Part shown: in pieces, positions 8,135 through 16,534 of the stretch
Position numbering within the stretch: the stretch's first letter is position 1
Layout: each line of letters begins with the position of its first letter
DNA from: Escherichia phage vB_EcolP_P433.1
Sequence record: MN384978.1
Length of the DNA stretch: 43,865 nucleotides
Strand: one strand, 5' to 3'
Translations under genes and position numbers: made by a program
The notes under the pieces: model-generated
The model's database searches: none
Told to the model about the DNA's origin: nothing
The model's input: only the letters and a program-made list of their open reading frames with translations

Positions 8135-8416
8135 TTATACTGGAACAATACTTTCTGCTGTCTTTGTCTGATCCCACTCACTTGTAGGTCCACTTCCACG
8201 AGACAACATCAGCACTCCCTCTTCTGTTACAATCATAGCTCCAATTTGCTTACCAGACTTTGTTGTGTCATTAATAACACTAGCTTGCTTTGCTGGATTA
8301 TATAAGGCATTATCAGTGTTAACACTTGGAACCATTAAGTGTTCACTAACTGGTTGTACCTGTTTTCTGTCATATCGGCCTGTAAGTGGCTGATTACTGT
8401 ATTCGTTAGCCATCAT
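8135..8416 (-). CDS. hypothetical protein (93 aa)
   Basis: ATG at 8416 with TAGGAG RBS; first gene downstream of the promoter at 8548-8570. Confidence 0.45.
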   Translation of the reverse strand: MMANEYSNQPLTGRYDRKQVQPVSEHLMVPSVNTDNALYNPAKQASVINDTTKSGKQIGAMIVTEEGVLMLSRGSGPTSEWDQTKTAESIVPV

Positions 8417-8547
8417 ATCTCCTATTATAGTTAACTATAGTAAGGAAGTAAGGAATAGGGTGTACAGGAGTACACCCATACTAAGGCATACCTATATAAC
8501 CTAGGTTAACCTATATTATCCTTGTTATTCTCTTATTCTCTGGGCCT

Positions 8548-8570
8548 TCCTTCTATAGTGTCCAGTAATT
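8548..8570 (-). promoter_or_regulatory. phage RNAP promoter AATTACTGGACACTATAGAAGGA
   Basis: Read as reverse complement; overlaps the terL stop codon; followed by a 130-nt AT-rich leader. Confidence 0.7.
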
Positions 8571-9300
8571 AATAAGTCCTTGAAATCCTTGCAGAAATGG
8601 TGTTTCGATTGGAAGACTTACTCCGGTAATTTTGCCCATACACTCGCCGCTGCATCGCCACAGAAGTGTTGGTTACTTTTCGCTCAGTCCCGTAATCTCC
8701 ATAGAGCATGGCCCTGCGGAGGTGAGGTGTGTTCATAGCTTGGATGTAATCGCGCATCTCTTGCGCTCTGAGGCGATTAATCCGTGTAACCTCATCATAG
8801 TCTATCTGAGAAGTTAATTGCCGTATAGCGCCGTACAGAGCGTCTAAGCGGTCATCGTGCCGGAGGCTGTTCTTCTCGATCGTGATGTTCGACATTTGAT
8901 TGAAAAGGCTATAGGACATGCGTAGCTCAAGCGGATAGTTCTGTACTGACTCAAAGTCAGACTTGACCATCTCAGCATTGAAGATGAGCCTGTGGGCCGC
9001 CATGAGTGGCTCCAGTGTCTCAATGATACGCAACTCTTTCTGTCCTGTGGCGTAATCCTCTTCCAGCGTTACAGGCCACTCTCGTTCAAAGTACGGCTTA
9101 ATTACGGCCTCAAACGCGCCATGACCGAAGTTTTTCTCTATGAATACCTCTTTAACACCCGCCTGCTTTGCGGACTGCACAATGCGATTCAGGGACGATT
9201 CGCGGTATCCACCCGGTACACCGAAGCACTGATACACGTAAATGAATGTGCCGTGCAGGAAGACAATCGCTACACCCGTTTCGTCCCCGTTCTTACCTCC
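8569..9300 (-). CDS. terL: terminase large subunit, exon 2 (nuclease domain, 243 aa)
   Basis: Frame begins GGKNGDETGVAIVFLHG, i.e. mid-way through the conserved nuclease motif, with no ATG or RBS of its own; in frame with exon 1 if the 9301-10046 insert is spliced out. Confidence 0.7.
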   Translation of the reverse strand, partial: GGKNGDETGVAIVFLHGTFIYVYQCFGVPGGYRESSLNRIVQSAKQAGVKEVFIEKNFGHGAFEAVIKPYFEREWPVTLEEDYATGQKELRIIETLEPLMAAHRLIFNAEMVKSDFESVQNYPLELRMSYSLFNQMSNITIEKNSLRHDDRLDALYGAIRQLTSQIDYDEVTRINRLRAQEMRDYIQAMNTPHLRRAMLYGDYGTERKVTNTSVAMQRRVYGQNYRSKSSNRNTISARISRTY

Positions 9301-9826
9301 CGGTTTGAACGTGACGTGCGAGCCAACCCTTGTGGTGTTTACGCAAACCACGTGCCACCTTACGCATATTCTGAGGTGTTAGGTTGTGCTCTTTACAGAA
9401 GTCAGTAATGCAAGTTACAAGAAACTCTTCACCATCTGGAGAAGTGAATATGTAATCTTTGCCAGTACCTTTGTTGTAAGGTGTCATGCCTTTCTTGAAC
9501 TCAGTAGCAACAGACAAGTGCTGTCCTTTCTTTATTTCAGTGGCAATACTTATGCGTTCACCTTTCTCGATGTTACCTGCTTTGCGATAACCACCTTTAC
9601 CCTTATTCCAACCAATGTTGTCATGTGGGCGTAGCTTTTCTTCTAGTGCATAACACTCTTCTTTGCTACCAGTGAATAAGATAACGTACTCGCGGCCATC
9701 ACAAAGACGGCCTGCGCACTTGTGCTCTCTCATACGCTTCTTAATATCGGAGGTTACACCAATATAACCTTGCATTACATCAGTTTCACCAACAACACGA
9801 ATATGATAAACTTTATGCTCTGTCAT
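9293..9826 (-). CDS. GIY-YIG homing endonuclease (177 aa) encoded inside the terL intron
   Basis: KVYHIRVV...GYIGVT...RMREH GIY-YIG module at the N-terminus; NUMOD3-like repeats (ISIATEIKKGQHLSVATEFKKG); AGGGAG RBS before the ATG at 9826; stop codon lies 8 nt inside terL exon 2. Confidence 0.8.
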   Translation of the reverse strand: MTEHKVYHIRVVGETDVMQGYIGVTSDIKKRMREHKCAGRLCDGREYVILFTGSKEECYALEEKLRPHDNIGWNKGKGGYRKAGNIEKGERISIATEIKKGQHLSVATEFKKGMTPYNKGTGKDYIFTSPDGEEFLVTCITDFCKEHNLTPQNMRKVARGLRKHHKGWLARHVQTGR

Positions 9827-10046
9827 ATTTAACTCCCTTCAATTGTTACGTTAATTCGCTACTTTAACTTCCACTAGTCACCTAGTGGGTCGGACTATAT
9901 CTTAGGCTTGCGCCTCCCTCTGTTTCAGACCGCTTGGCCTTACAGTTAGTCTCTACACGTTCCTATCATTGCAACAGGCTTCGCTCGGTATTGTCTCAGT
10001 GAGAGTTCCACCGAATTAAGAGGGTTTTACGCTGGCAGAGGTGTTT
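9301..10046 (-). mobile_element. putative group I intron (746 nt) interrupting terL
   Basis: P1 pairing between exon end GCUGGU and internal guide GCCAGC; P10 pairing between exon-2 start GGAGG and CCUCU; terminal G at 9301; R-like AGAGACUAACUG (rc of 9943-9954) and S-like AAGAUAUAGUCC (rc of 9891-9902) core elements; splicing restores one 632-aa terminase frame. Confidence 0.65.
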
Positions 10047-11213
10047 ACCAGCAGGGTCAATATACATAATCTTACGGGTAACAGCACCCCATTCATACGG
10101 TCGGGCCACAGGCCGATACATGACATCTGTAGGCTTATTGCCATACTTCGGTGCGTCGCCAATGATGTTAATAGAATCATTGCTCCACGTAGGCATCACA
10201 GGAACTTCCTCTGTACCGAATGAAGTGAAGATGAGGTTGTTCAAGCGAAGTGGGTAGCGGTCAGCGTCCATCATGCGAGTGTTAAGCATAAACTGAAGCT
10301 GGAACTTAGCCGCACCCTGCGATATTTCCTTCTCGATCAGGACATCATCATCATACATTTCAGGTGCACAAGGAGCACCACTGTTACCGTCTAACCCATA
10401 ACCAGAGCGAAGTGCTGGGTTATCCTTCATATCCTGCACAATCATAGGCGCAAGGAAGTCACCATAGCATTGCTCCTGCTCCACTGAAGGGTAACGTGCA
10501 GTCCAGATACGAACAGAGTAACCACGAGCAGGTAAGTTATTGTAGATAGAGTTTACGTTCTGAGGTGTACCAAGGTAGATAATATCACCAAACTGGTTGA
10601 TAGATTCAAACTCTTTGGTCAATTCCTCAAGTAAGGCACGGCCTGCTGCTGTACGAGCATTCTGCATCGACTCAACGTCATCTGCAAGGATGATATCTGC
10701 ACGAGCACCCTGCATGCCTGCTTCGATTGAATAGCAGGATACAGAAGGTGACTTATCGCTACCACGTAAAGTGTAGTGAATCTCGAATGCCTTAACGGAT
10801 GCACGGTCTCCTGCGTAAATATCCGGTAACATAAACTCAAGGAAGTCTAAGCCACGAAAGATTTTAACTACCCAACCTGCGATTTCCTCTGCTCGCTTGG
10901 CGTTTTGGGATACAACCATTATACGCTTATGCGGTTCATGGATAATACGGAATACCGTATAGATTGCTGATAGTGTTGTCTTAGCGATACCACGAGGCGC
11001 TTCGATGAGTCGATACTTGTGTCCGTAGAATAGGAACTTCAAGATATCAGCCTGCATACGAATCAGATGAGGGTTGCCTGCAATCAAGTTATGAATAACT
11101 GTGTCTGCAAAGAGAAGCAAACCTTCCGCTGTATAGGGAAAGGTCTGCTGTAGTTCCTGTAGCATCTCCCATCTGGCAAGAGCCTCCGCTTGTGATTCTC
11201 TTGCCTTAGCCAT
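10047..11213 (-). CDS. terL: terminase large subunit, exon 1 (ATPase domain, 389 aa)
   Basis: Walker A PRGIAKTT and Walker B DIILADDVE; ends ...KIMYIDPAG at the proposed 5' splice site; the track ORF continues 16 codons into the intron before a stop at 9996. Confidence 0.75.
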
Positions 11214-11515
11214 TAATTATCCTCTTTTGTAAACTGAATGATCTTGCCACTAGATGCCTCTCGGATAGCCTTGAGACGCTTAGATAGCTTGGACTCTTCC
11301 TGCTGTGCAGCAGGTGTAGCTGTAATTCCATTATCAAGAACCCACTTACACATGGCACCAATGTCCTTACCGGATACTAAGTGTAGTGCTGCATCTGGGT
11401 CTTCTTCTATAGTGTCCAGTATTGCCTGTGCTTTCTTATTAAAGATCTTGGTAATAGCACCATGCAGAATGCCAACCTCATCTTCTGTAGCTGCATGTTT
11501 ATTGTGTACGCTCAC
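11213..11515 (-). CDS. terS: putative terminase small subunit (100 aa)
   Basis: Assigned by position between holin and terL as in T7 (gene 18); GTG start with AGGAGA RBS; no motif-level support. Confidence 0.5.
   Translation of the reverse strand: MSVHNKHAATEDEVGILHGAITKIFNKKAQAILDTIEEDPDAALHLVSGKDIGAMCKWVLDNGITATPAAQQEESKLSKRLKAIREASSGKIIQFTKEDN
11402..11424 (-). promoter_or_regulatory. weak phage-promoter-like sequence CAATACTGGACACTATAGAAGAA inside terS
   Basis: Matches the consensus from -13 to +6 but diverges at -17 to -15; lies inside the coding sequence. Confidence 0.4.
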
Positions 11516-11693
11516 GTTTATCTCTCCTAGCTTTGTATTTTACATAAAACCAATCGCCAATTTGTAATACAGTATAAATGAATGTAGCTATAAGAACCCA
11601 ATCATTCCAACTGATACCGAGGAAGTACCCACCTGAGACTAATGCAGGTGGCGCAAGCTTCACACCACTATCTACCAGTTCGGAGTTAATCAT
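11499..11693 (-). CDS. holin, T7 gp17.5-like (64 aa)
   Basis: GISWNDWVLIATFIYTVLQIG resembles T7 gp17.5 (GLSLNEWFYVAAIAYTVVQIG as remembered); single transmembrane helix with a basic C-terminus; same position as T7 gene 17.5. Confidence 0.7.
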   Translation of the reverse strand: MINSELVDSGVKLAPPALVSGGYFLGISWNDWVLIATFIYTVLQIGDWFYVKYKARRDKRERTQ

Positions 11694-11701
11694 TGCACCT
11701 C

Positions 11702-12664
11702 CTATGCAGTAATCACGTTAACAGACATGTGGCAAGCAGGTACACCCTCAGAGAAAGTAATTACACTACCATTAATTTGATATGTAGACATAGGTTGGAA
11801 TAACCCATCTAAGTACACATCAATGTGCTTGAATGCCACTCCTAAGTTCACTTCAGTAGTGCCTTCCTCTAAATCTTTATTGAACTCGATGAAGGCATTA
11901 GGTGCTGAGGTTGCAGTGCGACTACCAATAAGTACGTAGACTTCTGTGCCTCGCATAAGTGGTTCAGCAAAAGTAATAGTGCTATTAGCCACAGTAACAG
12001 CCTTGGCTAGTTCATGCTGCAAAACACCATTCAGGTACACTAAGGCATCATCAAAAATATAAGGTGGGCGAATTACAGTCTCGCCACCTGCCGCAGTAGT
12101 AAACCAAGGTACGGTTCGGTGTGCAATACCAGAGGTCATGCCTGCTTTCAATCCAGCAATAGCCAAATCTTGCTGGTTGTTCCAGTCTGTATGCTTCTTG
12201 TCAATGGCATCAAGTTGTCCCAAGTTGACTGCATCACCCGGCTCTGTGCCATCTGCAAGGTTTGTAATCTTATTACCACCCCATGACACGTTCTGCTTAA
12301 CGAAGTAGCCTTCTGGGTAAAACCCATCTAGAATCTCTTGGGTTATCTCTAGGATATGAATAAAGGAGCCATTTAAGGACTTCATATCCAGAGCAACACC
12401 GCGGTCAAACTCTGCATATGGGTACTCCTTTTGCACCACCCTTCGAATGCGGAACTTCAAACCCTCAACTGGTGCTACATCAAAAGTAATCTGGTGTGTG
12501 CCAGATAATTGCCAACCAGATGTGATCTCTTCCCAAGATCCAGCTTGGAAAAATTCTACTGTCACATCTGAGGCACGAAGATAACCTTTCTCCCTACCAG
12601 CAAAGCTAAAGGGATAGGTGACTTGCGTACCATCTGCTGTGTGTTCTGTGAAAGTATAACTCAT
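11702..12664 (-). CDS. tail-fibre adaptor protein with T7 gp17 N-terminal-like domain (320 aa)
   Basis: Motif GGNKITNLADGTEPGDAVNLGQL typical of podophage fibre N-terminal domains; follows the internal virion proteins; too short to be a full fibre, so probably anchors the two tailspikes. Confidence 0.7.
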   Translation of the reverse strand: MSYTFTEHTADGTQVTYPFSFAGREKGYLRASDVTVEFFQAGSWEEITSGWQLSGTHQITFDVAPVEGLKFRIRRVVQKEYPYAEFDRGVALDMKSLNGSFIHILEITQEILDGFYPEGYFVKQNVSWGGNKITNLADGTEPGDAVNLGQLDAIDKKHTDWNNQQDLAIAGLKAGMTSGIAHRTVPWFTTAAGGETVIRPPYIFDDALVYLNGVLQHELAKAVTVANSTITFAEPLMRGTEVYVLIGSRTATSAPNAFIEFNKDLEEGTTEVNLGVAFKHIDVYLDGLFQPMSTYQINGSVITFSEGVPACHMSVNVITA

Positions 12665-15600
12665 CAGTCCTCCAATAAGTCTACACTGGCTTTAGTCATC
12701 TGACCTACACCAATAGTATTTGCCAAAGGAACAAGGCGACGCACCTTGTCCACCAATTGCCTCGTAGATACATCATCATCACCACTGGCATACTTAACCA
12801 GTGCTTGTGACAAATTAAATGTATCACCGATTACGCCAGCACCCGCTACCAAATCGCCGAATCCTTGCTGACGGAAACCCATACGTCCAGGTGCTTGCAT
12901 CATAGCGTCAGGCATTAACCCAAAGGTGGCCAAAGCATCACCAGCAAGACCAAAACCTGCAACTTGTGGTAGTTTATTAAAGACACCCATAGCGATGTTC
13001 TGTGTCTCAAACTTGTCCCTCAAGAACTTGTCTCTGTCTTCCCGACCTATTGCTTGCATCTGCATCTGTAATGCATAAGATGCATAACCTAGCAAGGTGG
13101 ACCATGCAAGTATCTGTGCAGCCTTAATCTTATCACCTCGTAAATCATGGATTAACTGTTTCTCAATAGAGACAATAGAGAATGACTTAAACTGTGTTAA
13201 TGCCTTTCCCCACCATTTATTCATCCAGATACCTTCGTCGCCGATGAAGTTACGTTGAATAAGACGACCTGACATTCTTCGCACAGCAACACCCACTATC
13301 TCTCTCAGGTCTGGCTCCATAGCATCAAAGTTCATCATACGAACCTTTTCTCCATTGTACTCAGCGTACAGTGGGTTATCATCAAAGTGACGTTTAAGTC
13401 TCTTCATGACATCTTCGCTCAGGCCTACCTCTTCAAGGTCTGCTTTAGGTAATTGTCGCTCACCCATCAAGTGTTGCTTTAGTCTCTTGTTGATAGAGCG
13501 AGCTACAATTTTCTCTGAGCCACCTTGTACTGCTTTAAACCCAGAGAGAACCGTGTTGATTCGACTACCCATAGATAACCCATTATCTATAATAGCAGAC
13601 AGCTTACCTAGGTTATCTGCAGTTTCTCCAAACTCATCATGACGAACGTTCCATCCTGTGAGCCAGTTATCCTCTCCTATATAACCTAAGAGTTCCTCCA
13701 TTTCTCGCAGTTCAGGTTCAAGCAATTCACCTTGAGCCGTGCCACCCTTACGGGCCGCTCTTGAACGTAAGAACTTCGTGGCAGGTACAGACTTCAGCAC
13801 AGTGCCTAACCCCATCTTAGAGATTGCACGTGCCAGTTCTGGTATCTGAGCGAAGCCCATCTGCCCTAATCGTAACAATCCTGTAATCTCACGGACACGT
13901 CGAGTGCCCCTGACAATCCCAGAGTTAGGGTCGGCGTCAATAGTGTTACCGTAAATTAGTTTAACGGAATCTCTGAGCATCTCTGCTTCAGCCCTAAGCT
14001 GTTTGATTGCCTTAGCATTTGACCCAGCCATATTGCGACCTGCGCGTTCTGCGGCATCTATTGCATTCAGCACAGATTGGCGAGTAGGGAAACCCATGGC
14101 AGCCAATGCAGCGCCACCTGCCGCCTCTTTGCCGTAGTTCTCAGCCAACTCTCCTACGTTGGTGTTAAGTAAATCCTGCACCTTCAAACCACCGTATTCG
14201 GCTTGCGTATTAATACCCATGCTAGCTTTAGCTCGATTCGATACTGATTCAGCCATTTCTGCTAATTCCGTGCCTTCAATGAAATTATCAATGATGTGGT
14301 CCGGTACTCCTGCTTTCTTCAGATCCTCAATTAGTTGAGCCTGTTGCTGCTGAGACACCACTCTATCGAATGCAACACGGCTAGAGAGAGTAGAGTCAGA
14401 TGCGCGAATATACTGTACCTTGGCTAGTGCATCCGCAGCTTTCTTACCAAGTTTGTACTTGCCTGTCTGATAACCTTTAGATAGCAAGTGAATGACAGCT
14501 TCACTGCTACCTAACTTGTTAACTGCCTCCGTAACCTTGATACCATCATAGATAACTGGAATATAATCTTTAGCTGATTGCACATTCTCGAATCCATGCT
14601 CACCTGCTTGCTTACGAAGCTCTAGTGCTTTCTTGAGCTTATCTGCGATACCTTCGGCTGCAAGTTTAACACCACGAGGTGTATCTTCTGGTATGCCACG
14701 AACAATTGCGGTATAAATCTGATTATTGAAATCTCGTGTAGTTGCAGGGTTAAGATAGTCTACCGCACGTAGGTTGTTATCTTTGATGTATTGAGAGAAG
14801 CCATCATTGTACCTATTACGTTCGGCATGACGGATAAGGTTGCCATACACATCTGATAAGATAGAAGCTGTCTTACCTTGATATGCACCACCTTGAGCAT
14901 TTTCAAGCAAACGAAGACCCAGACCTCTGAACACAGGGTTTTCTGAGTTAAGAATTACAGAAGACACTGAACCTAGGCCTTTAAGATTAATAGGCCGCAC
15001 CTCTGACTGGTATGCTTCTCGTGCCAAGTCATCCATAAGTTCTTCCAGATTTTTAGATAAGTCAAACTGTTCACCTGCAATATCTGAACCTTCAACACGT
15101 TTAGCACCAACAGAGTCGTCTGCTCGTTGCTTAATTGCATCTTCTGCAACTTGTTCAGCATGTGTTTCAGTAGGTGTTTTCTTACGTTCGGCACGGAGTG
15201 CATCTACTACATCGCGCACTGCACGTGACATCTCCACCTTACGTGCTGGTGCGTCTAAACCCAGTTCCTTTATTTGAGCCTCACGAGACAGTGAAGAGAA
15301 CCTTTTAAGTTCCTCCTTGGCCTTGCCTACGTTATTTATACGAGACAACTTAGCATTCAACTCATCAAGGCGAGCTTGTAAATCTGCCAGTGGTTCATCA
15401 AACCTACGTGCTAATGCTTTCTTCTGAACATCCAAATCCAATCTGTCAGCAGCAGATTTAGGCGCACCCTTAGCAGCGGCAGCTTCTGCTACAGCATCTA
15501 TTTTCTTCCCTTTGAGTGTTGCTGCTTCTGCTTCAAGTTGACGTATCTGCTTCTTCAGTTGCCCTTTCTCACTAGCACTCATTCTTACCGACGCATTGGC

Positions 15601-16467
15601 CTTCAAGTTGTCTGTATGAGAGAGAATTGCCATGTCTGCATCTACCTCTCTCGCACGAAGTGGTTCGTAATTACGAGCAGCCATATAAGCATCATACTCC
15701 ATAGCCTCCCGTACAGCACGAGCAGCAGATGAGTCAAATTCATCAGCACCTTTTACTACAGTATCTAAGTCATCAATTACAGTATCTGCTTGTTCTGTAG
15801 CTGCACGAGATCCAGCACTGGATATGCGCTCCCTAGTTAAAGCACCAATAGTGCCACCCATGATCATACCAAAACCAGCGGCAGCTAACACATCGTCTAT
15901 CCCTCGCTGGTAATCACCCTGTGCCAGTACCGCCTCTAGTGCGGCATTTTCAGCACCTGACAGAGCAGCAGTCTTGATAATTCTACCCAGACGCCCTACT
16001 TTGACAGCACCAGCTACAGGCGCAGCCACGAGAGAGGCAGCCCAACCTACAGGGTCAAGGATGCCAGCAGCAATCTGCGCACTGAAGCCTGTGAAACCAT
16101 TACGTGCTAAGATGTCTGCCCTGTCTTTATCAGCAGCAGCATTAGACATACGGAATTGCAACTCTTCTGGAGACTTCACATCCTTAACTATGTCTTTAGC
16201 TATTTCATACCCATACAACTTAGATAGTTCATCTTTAGTTGACTCAGGTACTTCATAACCTTCTTGTTCAGCAAACTCTGTAGTGTGACGCTCATAGGCA
16301 CGTTGTCCACCATACAACGCCCACTCACTTTCTAGTGCTGTTTGAAATACTTTATCCTTGGACCTCTGCGCTTCAGCCTTGCGCTCGGCCTCAGCAACTT
16401 GAGAGAAGGTAGGCGGTAACTTGCGTTGAGTCACCGCCACCCAGTTTTGGTTAATACTATCAACCAT
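12664..16467 (-). CDS. large internal virion / ejection protein, gp16-like (1267 aa)
   Basis: Size and position match T7 gp16; Ala-rich with long predicted helical segments. Confidence 0.7.
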   Translation of the reverse strand: MVDSINQNWVAVTQRKLPPTFSQVAEAERKAEAQRSKDKVFQTALESEWALYGGQRAYERHTTEFAEQEGYEVPESTKDELSKLYGYEIAKDIVKDVKSPEELQFRMSNAAADKDRADILARNGFTGFSAQIAAGILDPVGWAASLVAAPVAGAVKVGRLGRIIKTAALSGAENAALEAVLAQGDYQRGIDDVLAAAGFGMIMGGTIGALTRERISSAGSRAATEQADTVIDDLDTVVKGADEFDSSAARAVREAMEYDAYMAARNYEPLRAREVDADMAILSHTDNLKANASVRMSASEKGQLKKQIRQLEAEAATLKGKKIDAVAEAAAAKGAPKSAADRLDLDVQKKALARRFDEPLADLQARLDELNAKLSRINNVGKAKEELKRFSSLSREAQIKELGLDAPARKVEMSRAVRDVVDALRAERKKTPTETHAEQVAEDAIKQRADDSVGAKRVEGSDIAGEQFDLSKNLEELMDDLAREAYQSEVRPINLKGLGSVSSVILNSENPVFRGLGLRLLENAQGGAYQGKTASILSDVYGNLIRHAERNRYNDGFSQYIKDNNLRAVDYLNPATTRDFNNQIYTAIVRGIPEDTPRGVKLAAEGIADKLKKALELRKQAGEHGFENVQSAKDYIPVIYDGIKVTEAVNKLGSSEAVIHLLSKGYQTGKYKLGKKAADALAKVQYIRASDSTLSSRVAFDRVVSQQQQAQLIEDLKKAGVPDHIIDNFIEGTELAEMAESVSNRAKASMGINTQAEYGGLKVQDLLNTNVGELAENYGKEAAGGAALAAMGFPTRQSVLNAIDAAERAGRNMAGSNAKAIKQLRAEAEMLRDSVKLIYGNTIDADPNSGIVRGTRRVREITGLLRLGQMGFAQIPELARAISKMGLGTVLKSVPATKFLRSRAARKGGTAQGELLEPELREMEELLGYIGEDNWLTGWNVRHDEFGETADNLGKLSAIIDNGLSMGSRINTVLSGFKAVQGGSEKIVARSINKRLKQHLMGERQLPKADLEEVGLSEDVMKRLKRHFDDNPLYAEYNGEKVRMMNFDAMEPDLREIVGVAVRRMSGRLIQRNFIGDEGIWMNKWWGKALTQFKSFSIVSIEKQLIHDLRGDKIKAAQILAWSTLLGYASYALQMQMQAIGREDRDKFLRDKFETQNIAMGVFNKLPQVAGFGLAGDALATFGLMPDAMMQAPGRMGFRQQGFGDLVAGAGVIGDTFNLSQALVKYASGDDDVSTRQLVDKVRRLVPLANTIGVGQMTKASVDLLED

Positions 16468-16501
16468 GGTACCTCCTAGTTAATGTCATTCATAAAGGCA
16501 T

Positions 16502-16517
16502 GTCTCACATGTGAGAC
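16502..16517. repeat. palindrome GTCTCAC-AT-GTGAGAC (18-bp perfect with flanks)
   Basis: Read directly; lies between the stop of the 981-aa gene and the RBS of the 1267-aa gene, flanked by the conserved GTTATACTCAAGG and CCTTTATGAAT boxes. Confidence 0.6.
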
Positions 16518-16534
16518 AAACCTTGAGTATAACA

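Noticed and set aside
8569-11213. Reading the two terminase pieces as a frameshifted pseudogene or as two independent genes
   Set aside because: The break coincides with an inserted homing-endonuclease ORF, the insert has P1/P10 pairing and R/S-like core elements, exon 2 has no start codon or RBS, and the exons join in frame at a conserved motif; an intron explains all of this better, though splicing is untested.
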